Shown here: positions 45,501-59,500 of the stretch, piece by piece
Position numbering within the stretch: position 1 is the stretch's first letter
Layout of the letters: each line of letters starts with the position of its first letter
Source: Gordius albopunctatus
Lineage: Eukaryota
Length of the DNA: 64,000 nucleotides
Assembly (NCBI GenBank): GCA_964276515.1
Contig: OZ193909.1
Span: forward strand, 17,608,001 to 17,672,000
Direction of reading: 5' to 3'
Notes under the pieces: generated by a model
What the model was told of the DNA's origin: nothing
Databases searched by the model: none
The model's input: the letters and a program-made list of their open reading frames with translations, nothing else
Position numbers and translations under genes: made by a program

Positions 45501-47465
45501 AATCTAAGTTTAAAATTTTAAAACAAATTTTATGAGGCTATAAAAATAGTGAATTTTGTGTAAAAAATGACATTTCCTACATGTTTTGTTAGTTTAAAAC
45601 TAAATTTTTTTAGATTGAAAATGTAAAGTTTAAAATAGTCAGTTTATAAATAGACATTGGTAATAAAAGTTCATGATTTTTTAAATTTGGCATTAAAAAA
45701 ACCTCAAAATAAAAAAAATAAATTTGTCTAAACTAAAGCAAATTTTGACCCTTTATTTTTTGAGACAGAAAATTTTCTATTGTTATTGATCCATTTTTTT
45801 TATAATTTATCAACTTAGTTTTATATTTTTACAATAGAAATAAATCTTAGAATTTTAGATTTGAGAATATGAAATGAATCTTCATGTAATATCTTAAAAG
45901 AATCATTATGTAGGGCTATAAAAACAGTAAATTTTTCATAAAAATGACACTTTATACACATATTAAATATCAAATTTGTTTTGTTTTAAATTAACAAGAA
46001 AGTTTAAATTCAGTTACTTTATAAACAGATATATATGTTTGTTAATCTGATTTTTTAGTCTATTTAATCCTAAGCTACAATAATATTTACTATATGGTAT
46101 ATTCTCAAACTAGTATATAATGTTTATTTATTTATGACCACTTGATAAAATGTTATATTTTTATATTTATATACCATTTTCAGACAAATTTTTAATGTTA
46201 AACATGTTGAGATATCTAAGTGCACAGGAAAATTTACGCAAATGAGCACTTTAAAATACCACGAGAAAAAATAAACATGTTAAAATCTATGTTTAAAATA
46301 TAAATATCTCAAATAAAATAAAATTTTTATATTTCTTTACAAATAGGTTAAGAATAATGGTTTTTTGATAATAAATTTAAAAAAAATATATTGGAATTTT
46401 TTTTGTTTCATATTTTGGAAGGATCTAATAAACTCTATATCTTAAAAACTTATTGGATTAAAACAAGCGAATATTTGCAGAGATATTTTAGGATAAATTT
46501 TATTAAGCTACTGAAAAAATTAAATTATAACAATCACTAACTTAATTTGTAGTCCTCATTGACCCCACCCAGCCAACAGAGTGGTAAACATATATCAAAA
46601 TCCATGGGCCTACCCAGGGGGGAAGGGAGGGGCGGCTGCCCCTCTCTAAATTAAAAAATTTGTTGAAATGTTCCATATCAAAATAAAAAATTAATGTTTC
46701 AAGGTTGCATTCAATTAAAAATCTTTTAAAATATAAACTTTATTTTGTTGAGCAATCGAACTAATTTGTTATTAAAATCAAACATCCTTTTGATGGCCTT
46801 TGTTTAGATTAGTGCACAAGTTTACAAAGACCGTTTATAGATTACTAAGATATGCCTTGATAAATGTTATAGTAACCAAAATGCAGGTCAACATTTTGTA
46901 CACTTCTCTACACTTTATTAATAGTTCGGAAAAAAGATCTTTAAAATTTATTTTTATAAGTGATAGCTTAATGATAAAATTGAACAAAATCAAGAAATCT
47001 ATTTTTTAATACTTTTATAAATATTTATATTTTTTTTATTAAAAAGGCTTTAGAATTTCAATCATGGGCCAACCCGATGTTTATGTTGGCGCTCGGCCTA
47101 TCCTGTGTAATGGGTTTCATTTTAAATTATTCCGTAGTCATTTGCACCCATTACAATTCCGCCTTGACTACCACAATCATTGGTTGCCTCAAAGTAGAAG
47201 ATAAAATTTTGTTTTGAATCTCATTTAATTTTTAGAATTTATTGGTGACATACTCTGGGATGATTATAGGAGGAGATTACATCTTTTCTTGGCCAAATTT
47301 TATCGGACTTAACATTAGGTAACTTAATTTTATTTAGTTTTTAAGTTTTAAATGTATTTTAGCATTGTTGGGAGCATCATATATTCCTACCTAACCTTCT
47401 TTCAAAAACCGAAAGATCGAGTCATAGATTTACCTGTGGCAAAAAAATCTATTGCAGAATCATAA
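42528..47465 (+). CDS. SLC35D-family UDP-sugar transporter (SLC35D1/D2, fringe connection, sqv-7 like)
   Basis: Eleven exons give [37 protein letters not shown]..., [102 protein letters not shown] at 47463-47465; 3-kb intron 43992-47046. Confidence 0.93.
45103..46585. mobile_element. Probable old piggyBac-like non-autonomous element in the large SLC35D intron
   Basis: TTAA|CCCTCCGTTGG at left, degenerate CCAACAGAGTGG|TAAA at right, subterminal tgacccc motifs at both ends, internal diverged ~300-bp direct repeats. Confidence 0.5.
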
Positions 47466-48406
47466 TGTAATTGCAAAGTTTCCTAATGATGTGTCTGTTC
47501 TGTTTTCAAAAAAATTTAATTATTTTTTATAAAAAACGCTTATATTATTATCGAACTAATGGATATACGCATTTTTGAAGACAAATCACAATGCGTTAGG
47601 AAACTTTGGAATTACCACCGCTCAATTAATATGCGCGTCACAAAACTTGCAATCAAAAGTGTATTTGTATGATTATTTACACCTATTACCTTTAAGATAA
47701 TCAATGTTGCATACCTAAATTGTACTATACGATTAATCGAATCGAAAAATGTACATAATGAAGCTATTAAAAATGAAAAGATTATTGTTGAAATACGGTG
47801 TATTTTTATAGATCTATTGCTTAAAGAATGTGATATTCTAAAGCTTTGGATATCTGTATTCTTATAAATACGTATATATATATTTGCCCCGATGACATTC
47901 AATAGCTTAACCAAATCGGCAAAATCAGACGCCTTACGGTGCATCTCGGGCCACGTTAACCAGAGGTTACATGTCCTTTTGTTAGTGGGTTAGTCGTTAG
48001 TATGTTAGTAAAAAAATAGTTTATATATATATTTAGTGATTAGTAATAAAAAGCCTAAAACCTATAATATCAAAATGAACAGATATTAAAAAAGCACCTT
48101 AAGGTTTGGTTAAGTGAAGTCTTTTAAATGATTGGCTGAAATCAGAATTTATTGGAAATAAAACGAATTTCCCCTAGTAATGTGAATGCAAAAAATTATG
48201 TGAGAAAAAAAATTACAGCAACCAAAATCTTATCGTAAATGACTTTTTGTTACAGCGTTAGCTTTGGAATATTAGATCACACATCATAAGACAAAAGATC
48301 ATCACCCTGGCTGTAATTTTGCTACCGATCTAGGTCTACATCGAATGGAGCAGAAGTAGATCGATTTCGTGGAGGCTTACCCTATTGATTTAAAGCCTTG
48401 TTTCCA

Positions 48407-48635
48407 TTATGCAAGCATACATTTTAAATAACTGAAGTTTCGGTATAGTGTTGTAAGCATTTGATCCATGCTAATATTAGGATGTGCATGACTATTCCGA
48501 TGAATGATATCTTCTGCCATGTGTGCTTTATATTTATTCCATAAATCGGTAGGACATGACGGAGAGCAGGAAGTCACACGAATTTGTTTTGGATGTGAAG
48601 TATGGTACGCATCATTAATGCACTCACCGCAATAA
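48407..48635 (-). pseudogene. Fragment of a Helitron Rep/Pif1-helicase protein
   Basis: ECINDA..SHPKQIR..CSPSCPTDLWNKYKAHMAEDI resembles the EA..P..LR..C.P..P..LW......M.ED segment before the helicase domain of Helitron proteins (from memory). Confidence 0.6.
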
Positions 48636-49048
48636 AACAAGTTTTTACGTATTTTAGCCGCCATTTTTTCAGCTGGGTAGTATCTAACCTAAATATATTT
48701 TTGGGCATCTCCTGGGTCGGCGCCATCTACCTATAAAAAACTTTGAGTTGATATTGAGGAAGTCGGCCATTTTTTTAACAAATACATTTACGATCCTTTT
48801 TTCGCCATTAAAATGTCGATTGCGGGTCGGTTTATGGCCCAAAAAATTTTGACGAGACCTTAATTTTTTGCCCGAGATCTGGGCTATTGAATGAGAAAGA
48901 GTAATTCAGTCATCTACGCGATTCCGCCATTTTATCCGCCATCGTCCGCGTTTAAAACTGTTTTCGAAGGCCTGAACCTAAGTCATTTCTAACAAATTCG
49001 TTTTTATATTTATTCTAACCTTGAGCTACCTAAATATAATAATTCTAT

Positions 49049-49374
49049 GGAATATTAAGTGGTTTTGGATATCGAAATCGCCATTTTATTTAAACTTAAT
49101 GTTAAAAAACGAGGGAATTTAGAATTTCAAAAGCTAATTAAACCAAAAGTTGTGGACCAAAATTGAATATATCTGTTTTAAAGTGTTGAGAACGTTAAGG
49201 ACTAATTTTTATACCAATTTGGTGGAATATTAATTAGTTTTGGATATTGAAATGGCCATTTTTTATCATCCTAATGCTAAAAACCAAGGAATTTCGACTT
49301 TTAAAAGCTAATAAAATTAAAATTTATGGACCAAAACTAAATATTTTTCTTTTAAAGTGTTGATAAGGTTAAGG
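49049..49374. repeat. Two diverged tandem copies of a ~175-bp unit
   Basis: ggaatattaa..gttttggatat..gccattt..aaaagctaat..tggaccaaaa..ttttaaagtgttga..gttaagga begins at 49049 and again at 49224. Confidence 0.8.
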
Positions 49375-49491
49375 AATCACTTTAGCGAACTTTTGGGCCA
49401 CTAAAATTCACCATAAATAATACAGGAGCGAATAAAACCGCTAAAAGTATATGTCAAAATTTAAAGTTAATTACGTTATATTGATTAGTAT

Positions 49492-50816
49492 TAGAGACCT
49501 GCAACGGGCCTGTTTAGGTTAGTCGGCCCACCCGTAATAAAAATTAAAAAGCCCGGCCAGGGCCCGTCAAAATATTAAATTATAAGCCTGGGCCCGGCCC
49601 GCTAATTTTATACAAAGCCCGGCCCGGGCCCGTAAAAATTTTTTTTTGTTTAATTTTTTTATCGATATGGCAAACAATATGTCTGTGTTTAAAATGTTAA
49701 TATAAATAGTTTAAAAAGAAAAAATTGCTAATTCCCGGTCACTCCAGTCCTTCTATCTTTTAAGAAACGACCTATATAAAAAAAATTTTACAAGTGGCAC
49801 TTCAGGATACATAAAGCCATATATAAGCCAAATAAACGTTTAAAACCCTTATTTAAGGTTATAATATTTTAATAAAACTACTTAGCTTCTTTCCTTTGCC
49901 ACCATTTTAAATAATTAGGTTATTGATCTAAAATGAGAAAACAGTGATAAAAGTAGCTTGAGGAAATAAATTTTAGGATTTGTTTTTAAATTTGTTAATG
50001 ATAATGAGTATATAAATTCTAGCATTTAGCCGGGGTCAGATAAAGTATAAGTTAACAACGGTCAGCATTAATTTGCAGGGAATTATTTAGCCAGTTTCGC
50101 ATTAATCCGTTATAAATTAACAACCTAGACAAATTGCCAAAATAAATTTATTAATAAAGGTAATCAGTCAGGCACAAAAACAATAATGGAATTTGAGCTT
50201 AGGCGAGGTCAAAAAAGTAAAGCCAATCGGCGGTCAGCTAAATAAAAGTCTTTCACAGAAGCCTAAGTCCACAGCCATTAAAACCCATGTAAGTTTCCAC
50301 GGCAATTATTGAAAAATTACAAGTTGGACAGGACAGGACGGATAACCGAAAGAGAGTATATAAATTGCATAGCAATTTATATAAATAATATTAAAATAAT
50401 TCAGTCAATATTGCTAGAGGGTATAAATGGGGAGGCAAATATGGGCAACTGCACCCCTCCAAATCCAAAAATTCCGGATGAAAACATTTTTTGCCCTATT
50501 TAAACTGCCCCCCTCCAATTAAAATTGACTCCGCCCATGAGATCACGTGTATAAATTATCTTTAACATTTATAATGTGTGTTGAGCTATTGATAAATTAA
50601 TGAACTAGGATGGAAACAAAGTTTAACTTTCCTTGTTAATTTAATATACATAAAATAATTACAAATCCCCCCATTATAAAAACACCTTCTTTTATACTAA
50701 ATATAATTAATTTTTTAACGGGCTTTATGTATAACTAGGCCCGTCCCGAGCCCGTTACGTTATATATCGGCCCGTTGTTTTATTTTTAAGCAGAAGCCCG
50801 GCCGTGCAGGTCTCTA
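49492..50816. mobile_element. Non-autonomous hAT element
   Basis: TIR TAGAGACCTGCA...TGCAGGTCTCTA, perfect 8-bp TSD attagtat, subterminal GCCCG/GGCCC repeats. Confidence 0.88.
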
Positions 50817-51606
50817 ATTAGTATTACTTACATTTGTTTCGGAATAAATTTTTAAAAAGTTGTTATTTAGCATCCTGAGACCCACCCAAGTTCGTATTAA
50901 AACATATATCATATCATCCGCCATCTTGGATAGATAGAAATTCTATTTCCGGTCGTCCGCCATCTTGGATTTTTTTTTCAAACCCATTTAAAACTTGTTA
51001 TAACGTTATAAATTCATGTAAATTAGTAGAATATAAACATTTTAAGTTCATTTTGTATGATTTTCACTATATATTTAAAAATATTATGATTTTATTGATT
51101 GTTGATAAAAAGATACGCCTTAAATTACGCAATAAATCCACTCTTATATAATTTTACGAGTTTATAATGAGACAATTTATTTAAAGTAATAATTTTCTAT
51201 TTTCTCTTCAACTATGTCTTTAAGTCGAAATACTCTCGTCACTTAAGCTCAAATTTATAATTTAAATGCTAAAAATGCATATCGTCAACTGTACTTTCTC
51301 ATATTTCATTTTTCTTTTATTGCCTAGAACAGAGTAATACTAAACAATTTCGTAATTGGCGCGTATATTATTCAGTGAAAATACTAGACTAAATTTGTAT
51401 TTTTTTAATAATCGATTTTATCCAATCCTTTTAATTTCCATTAATTAAAGCTCCAATATTGAATAATTTAAATGTTAGCTAAATCTAGTAATCCTATTTT
51501 ATATTTAAATAAAACATCTAAAAAATGCTAAAAACAATTTTCGAATTTTATTATCATATAGCAAAATTTTTTATTATAATACGGGTGATGCGCGATGCGA
51601 TTGTAA

Positions 51607-52850
51607 CTACATATATTTTGATATTTCATCTAAATATTTAAACAATTCGATTTCATTTACAAGGTATAAATCACGCAAGCGCTTTATATTAGAATTTATA
51701 CTAATGGTATTTTCTATTCACAGAAAACACTTGCTTTCCCTGTGTGATTTGTAATAAATTAATATCACATTTGGATTGAAGACTAATTAAACAATAAACG
51801 AACTCATAGATCGTTGGGTGAGCGTGGCCCACAAGAATTTTTAGGCTGTTGTGGTAGCCTTCTAAGTGATTATTAGTTCGGGGGCCGTTAGCATCAATCC
51901 TCTTCCATATTGGATAAGGAAAATTTGCGGAGGGCAAGATCCAAGCTGTGTGAATATAATCGAAAAAATCCTTCCTATTATTGTTCGATAAGACTAATGG
52001 ATCATTCCTAATTAGGTCAAAAATTCTCCTCATGTCATGTTCCGTCAAGAATGGAAGAGCTAAAGATCTCCTCACCAACTTTCTAAAATAAGTATCATGA
52101 TCGTATTGGGATCGAATACCTTCGATCCCAAGTCTCCTAAAGATTGCTTGTGAATAGTGGAACAAACAACCTAAATAAGATTAATATTATATAAAAGACA
52201 GTTACCTTTAAAAGTCACACCAGGAAAGCATTGGCGTAACGCTTGCATATTTGCCCTTTCATAATCCACCTGAACATATTGTGGGTTTAAAACCAAATTA
52301 TGTTGAGAACAAATCTCTTTCAACTTTCTCAACATCATAAAATAAGTCGAATAAGTCTTATTAGGCAGCAAAGCATATACCACAGGAAGTATATGATTCC
52401 GATAGTATGTGTGTATTGTATACACCTAGAAATTTGGAATAACTATTGTAATGATTAGTTTACCTGACTGAATAAGGGCGGACATACATAAAATGTCCCA
52501 TCGGAGTATAAATTGCCTGCAGAACACAAGATTTTCAACAGCGTGGGTGTCCCGAATATCAAGAGGCGGTTCCTCCACTTCCAGAGCAAAAATTGTTCAC
52601 CATTGTCAGTAACACAATGCTCCGGCTCTAAAAAAATCTCCTCATTTTTTTAGGGAGCCTTCATACGTTTAGGATGGACTCTTCGCATTGTTTTCTTGAT
52701 TGATTCGAACGTTGGGGTGGCCTTCGGATATCTATCCAAGCCCGGGACATCCCGGAGCCTTTGAGGAATGACTCTATGATAAATCTTATTCAATTGCTCC
52801 TTGGACTCTTCAAGAACAGCCTTTTTCAAGTCCCTTAGAGTAATCAGATA
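51607..52850 (-). pseudogene. Mutator-like (MULE) DDE transposase pseudogene with two short introns
   Basis: DGTFYVCPPLFSQ|VYTIH, PVVYALLPNK..TY, VDYE, KG|CLFHYSQAI, PRTNNHLEGYHNSLK..HPTIYEF; frameshifts near 52650-52580 and 51705; 5' end cut by a gttcc/ggaac-repeat element at ~52856-52960. Confidence 0.85.
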
Positions 52851-53530
52851 CTCGTAATTAGTTCCTTTTAAAAAAAAGGAACTGGAATTGGAACTAGTTC
52901 CTTTTTTTCTCAATTTATTGAAAAAGGAACTACTTACAAGTTCCTTTTAAGTTCCTTTTGCCAATTTCAATTTGTAATAAACGATTATTATAATGTTCCT
53001 CATTTTTTATAATATTAATACTTTTATCATTCATCATATTTGTCTAATATTTTCTGCTAAACTCCCCATGGTTTGATAACTAAATTGTCTGCCAAGGCCA
53101 GCCAAAACCCTTTAATTGCCCAATTCGGGCCCAAAATGACGATTTCAAATTTCAATGATTAATTTTGTCTTGTTTTCAAAAATTTTTGATCTAATTCTAG
53201 AATTTTTATAAATAGTAAAGTGACGAAAAATAGTAAACTATCAAATCTCATTATGGTGACCGCCCAGGCCTACTTAAAAAATTTAGAACGGTAGCCTGCC
53301 CGAGCTCTTAGTCGAGTGGGCCCAGAAGCGAGCCCGACTTTTTGGTTGTCGAATATTTAGTTTTAAATAAAAATAAAATGGAAAATTTTTTTTTGCTAGA
53401 TTTCCCCCTCCCCCTGTTGAAAATTTTGGCTTTTCGCCTGCACTATCACTAACTCACAGCGCAAATTTGTACAATATGTGTGCGGTTTACCATGTGAAAA
53501 AAAAATTTGACATGGTATAAAAGTCAAACG

Positions 53531-56500
53531 ATGGTACAAACTTATCAAGCCCCAACAAAAACTTATCATTATCCCTTTGATATAGTTATGGAGGTAACTT
53601 TTATATACATATGCTTTATATTTTTGAAGGCTTACGAAAAACGATTCCCTTCTTGTGAATTGATCCCTATTTTTGTTGATAGTGAAGTGCTTGAAGAAAC
53701 ATCTGCTGATGATAATAACTTGAAAATAATAAAAAGGAGATGCAAAGTTAAGGTTGATGCACCCTACCTACTTAAAAAAGTATTTTACAATTTTATAACT
53801 CTCATTTTTAAGATTATTGGATTGGAACATGCCAATTTTATTCAAATTAACACATTAAATATTAAATCAAAAGTATTAAAAATTGAAGCATTTAATGAAC
53901 ATTATACCTCAAGAGTAGAAATGAATGAAATATGCTATTACCGAGTAATCATATTTATTTACTAAATAAATCTTCAGGTCCATCCTGATAATTCTTTGTG
54001 GACTACATTTGATCAAGAAGCTACTCTTAATATAAAATCATTTTTTAATTTTGAAGCTGCTCTTGAAAAAGTTATTATAAAACATTATATAAGCAATATT
54101 GGCAAGGTAATTATACATACATTATAAACATTTACATTTTTAGGGGAAGGAGGTTTTGTTGCATTATATTAATGAAATGGAAAATAAGGGTCATCTAGTT
54201 AAACATCATTCGTCTAATTCTATTGATATAGCCAATGATAATTCCAATAATGCATCTCGATCATCTTTTAGAAAACACTCAGGTTGCAACACTCATTACT
54301 ATATATAAGTTGTTAGCAGTAGAAAATACCTTTAATGTTTGAAACATTTAAATTTGTAAACTAAAATCATTTATAGAACCTTAAATTTTCATAATATGCT
54401 AATTAATCTTATAAAGTAACTCTAAATTTATGCTCTTGAAATATTTGCTATGACTGGAACTTAAATTTTATTCAAAAATTTAAACTTTAGTTAGTAAATT
54501 TTTTTATGATTTTTAGAGCCAAAATTGCTTTATTAACTTTTAATACAAATAATATTGATAAGTTTTGATATAATTTAAGTTTAAATATACATTTATCATT
54601 TATTCTTCTATGTGCTGCAGCATGTGTAATTTCTGTTTAAATTAATACAAAAAGTAATGGTAATAGACCAGATTTTTAAACTAGAAAGATGCCAAATTGT
54701 AACTTTAATTCTAAAGTCTTACTAAGCTTTAATTTCAGGTTTTAATACTAAATATAAAGTTAAAACAACAAATTTCAAAAAGAAAGAATGGTTTAGATTT
54801 TAATTTAAAAATAATTTTTGCATAATTTGGATTTTAATATCAATACTAAAGGTTTATTTACTAATTGAGTTAAAGAACGCATTTTTAAAGCACTAAATCA
54901 CATTATAATTTTATTTATATATTATCTATCTCTACTGTTCATGTTCCTGTTGGGATTATATAAAATTTAGTACTATTCAAACAAATTTTTGTACCTAGGT
55001 GTTACTATCAAAGTTATTAAGGCATTTAGAAAAAATCCCATTTGCCAAGATTGTTTTTTAATTATTATACAGAAATGAATATTTCAAATATGTGCCCTTG
55101 TTATTAACCTATAAAAGGTTGTATTGATTGATTTGTACTGCGGTTACACCAAGTTAAAAAATATGATTTTTATTCCAATAATATTTAACCAAATTTCACC
55201 TTAAGTCCTATTTATTGCTATTTACACCAAAAATATAACATATTGGGTGACTTAGTAATTTTATAATTAACCTTTTGGATACTTCTCCAGACCATCAACT
55301 TGTGTTATTTGTTCTTTGTCTATTACCAAGATGCAATCAATAATTTAAAAAACAATTTGTATGAGTTAATATTCCTTACTTAAACGGTTCTACTATTTTT
55401 ATGTGTTCAAAGGTTTGACTTTTTTAAAGCAATAGAGGTCATGTACTCCATGCTCTCTCTTAAATAAAGCTAACTCTATCCCAAAATAGTTATAGAGTAA
55501 TTTTTCAAACTCCATCGTTTTAATTGACATTTCAAAAATGCAGACATAAACTTTTAAAGAATTTTGGTTTAGATTGAAAACTACAATTTTTAATATTATC
55601 ATTATTCATCGTTATAATATATATATATATATATACACCAAAATTGCGTCGTTAAACACGCAGCCTGCAATTCGAGCGGTTTCATTTACTGGACCCCCTT
55701 GCAAGAGAACAAGCTCGCCCTGCTCAAAACCATGCTGAAGGAGAAGCACTCTTCGAAAGTAAAGCAGTCGAAAAGAACAAAATGTTAACATTAAATTATT
55801 GCCAATTCTTTTTCCAATTTTAATATATACCACCACCACCACCACCACCAGGTGCCTAACGATGCGCACCTCTTGAGATTTTTGAAGGCGCGAGATTTCG
55901 GGGCGGAGAAGGCTTGCGAAATGCTGGTGGAATCACTGATATGGCGAAAGCATCACCAAATCGATAAAATTATATCCTCGTACCACGTTCCCGAAGTTAT
56001 CCTAAAATACTTCCCCGCCGCCTGGCTGCCACCCCCTAATAAACGTAAATTTCACTGGGCGTCCCTTAATTTATTCGCCCATAATGTGTGGTAGTAGTTA
56101 CTAGTTAGTATCGTCAATATTTCGCAAATTTCTCTTTAAATTATACATCATGTTTGGGTGACAACCTTAAAGATGATAAAACGCTTTTGCCATACGGCGA
56201 TTAGTAAATTGGACATGATGGGACAGACAGGGCGGACGGAGAACCAAAAGTGAGCCCATAAATTTGCTGCTTTCGTGTTTGTGGTAACTTAATTTTATAA
56301 CTTATCTATGGGCTCACCCGGGATTTAGTTTAAAAGGGGTGCATTGATTTATACACTTTTTGCAACGACGAATTTGCATTACATTTTTTATGAATTTGGC
56401 TAGGTTTTTGATTTGACCCTTTTGAATTTGAAAAAATTTCGGCCCAAATGCTATTTTTTTATTCCTAACGACCTCATAGAAACTCGACTGCTAAAATTTC

Positions 56501-59500
56501 TGTATACCAAATTGTTGGTTAATATTAGAAGATCTTTTAAAATCATTACTTGTTTAATGAGACCCCCTCTACTAAGGTTAACTTAAATCATTCAACTGAC
56601 TCTTGGTTCTACTAACTTTAGCTGGAATCCATTATATATGATGCTTACAGTATTTGAATACTTAGGCGATGAGGATTTAGTGTCTAAAGAGTTTTAGTGC
56701 TGTCGGTGTCGAAAAATTTAGGATTTTTGGTAATATCGATATTTTACTTAAAACATGGACGTAATCAGCATTGGAATTAGAGGAGGGCTATAGTGTTTTA
56801 GGGGGGGGGGCAGCCGCCCCTCACCACTCCCCCTTGGCTACGCCCATGCTTGAATGTAATCATTTTGATTTGTTAATTTGCAGATTACTCCCCGATATAC
56901 TGCTTGAAGCTCGGGGAAACCGACATCAAAGGATTGTACAGTTCGCTGGGCATGGACGGTATTATAAAGCACCTCCTTTACGTCTGTGAACAAGGCCTGC
57001 AATTTTGTCAGGAACGATACAACAGCGGTTCTACCATCGCAACCGCTCCCTCTAACACTAAGTCCGAATCGAACGACCCTATAAATCGTAAATTCACATT
57101 TTTTAATTCGATCATAATATTGCGATTTATTTTTGAATTTTTATATATACACATATATAGATAGATAGATAATTGAAAAGATAACGTAAGCCGATTTAAG
57201 CCGTGTTGCGGGGCTGGGTTGGTTTTGTCGACTAAAGATATATACACCAATGCTTTTTTGTTCTGTTCTTCTTAGTCGCACAAACAGACTACAGCTTTTT
57301 CTCTAAACGTCAATCTTGATATAATACAACTAAGGAAAAAAAAGAAATGATAATTAAAAAAAATTATTACTCACGTCCCTATAACTCAACACCTTTATCT
57401 ATCTCGGCATTCTAACGCTTTAAGGCAATTCCGCGTTATAGCAAAGTCAGGTTGTGTTCTTAAGAAAAGTATCGTAATTGGGGTGCTTTTTACTACATTA
57501 AATTCCGAGTTTTCGAATGCCTCAGCTCAGCTCATGGGAGAATCAATTGCGATCGGCGATTAAAAGAAACCATTATTGGTCTACTAAACGCGACCATTAG
57601 AATTCATAATGATATGCGCGCCCGGTTTTTTAACTTAACCTTTTTAATGGTGGAGTTACATAATTTTTTAATCTTACTTTGAGCGTAGCATTGGGATTTG
57701 AGGGGGGAAAATGATTATTTTACCAAGTTTTTTAACCATAATTTTAATAAATTTTAACAAATTTTTTGGACTTAGGGGGGGGGGGGGAAGCCGCCCCTCC
57801 CTGCCCCCCTTCCCTATGGCTACGCCTACGCTTGCAAGATTAATCTCAATTATAGGTGATAAATTCACCTTTTTCTGCCTGTAAAATATTTAGCATCCAA
57901 TGTTTTTTTTGTCATTTTTCTACGATTTATCATTGTCTTAGTGATCGCCAGCGACTCGTCATCTCACAAAAGGAGCCAGTCTAAAGAATCTCTTAGCCGT
58001 GGCTCCTTAACCTCGCTCCCAGCAAATTTAGACCTTAGCCAACGCCGGCCCTGTTGCTACGCCTGGAATCTGCTGTTGGACTTGAGGGGTTTGGGTGTTA
58101 GGCATTTATGGACACCGGGCATCAAGGCTATCCTGAAAGTGGTCGAAATAGCGGAAGCGAACTACCCCGAAACGCTGAACGCGGTTTGGGTGGTAGGAGC
58201 CCCTTGGATATTGCCCGTGGTTTGGACCCTGGTTTCGCCTTTCATAGACGAAACTACTCGAGAAAAATTTATCTTTCTCGACCATGGCACTGGTAGTAGT
58301 AATTTACGGAGCGAAGATCGCGAGGAATCAGCGGGGGGCAGGGAGTCCCACGTGGATGGTAATATCGTGAGTTCGAGTGGGCATCATCCCTCCAATTGTT
58401 CAATTCAAAATGGCGGAGAAGAGGAAGAAGGCGCTGGCTCTGCATCTCTCGTGCCCGATATGGCTTTCATAGAAAGCGTACTTAACAGCAATAACGTAAT
58501 CCAAATTCTTTACGTGTGTTGTTACTAAGGTTTAATCCTAAATTTTGCGCTAAAATTTACTACTTTCATTTAGCGGATTTAAAACTGAGCCAAATCAAAG
58601 CTTAACCTGGCACACCTATCATATATATAATCTACATATTAGCGTTGTAAAAACGGGGCTGGCTAAACATAAATAAACCAAAGGTTTTTTGGTCTGAAAT
58701 TTTTGGTCGCATAAACAGACAACCTTCAGTCTGTTTATGTTTAGTCGCTCAAACAAAATCCAGGTCTTTTTACAACACCACTACATATGACTGGGTGACG
58801 ATGAAAAGTTTGTTGATTATTTATTTATGGCGGGTCAAATTGCTGATTTTTACAAATTTATCCTTTTGAGGTTTAATATAAACGCTTTTTGGGATTTAGG
58901 TGGGAGAAGGGGCGGCAATTGTCCCCTTTTGCCTCCCTTCGGCTCGCCTAGTTAAATCAAATTGCAATAGTGAATGTAACGGTCGAGACTTTCTGGGTTG
59001 GTATCAAGTAGTGTCGTAAAAACGGGGGCTGGGTTTCGTAGGTCGTTGTCGACCACTGAGCTTAGTCGAAATTTGTAAAACAGACCAGAGTCTGCACCCT
59101 TAGTCTCATTAGAACTAAAGGTTGACTAAACAAAACCCAGGCGCTTTTACAGCACTACTATCGAGTTCTTCCCTGTATTTACAGCTGGAAAGCGAGTTTC
59201 AATGATATGTAATGGCGATTCTTAATCCCTTTACCTAAAAGTTTATCCTTCTCTATTTTCGCTCGATGCCTTTGAACATTTTTTACAAAAATGTTCCTTG
59301 CGCATTACTACTAGATATGCTCGGGCGGCTTAGTTCCTAAATCGTATTACCTCTCCGAGTCGGCCCTCAACAATCAGAATAACGCCTTCAAAGACAATAT
59401 ATACCATACTATCCTCCTGTCCAAAGGCCAACTTCACGAAGTAATTCTTACTAATATCCACTTTTCCCCTCGTTTTATTAACGAATTCTTTGTTTCTAAT

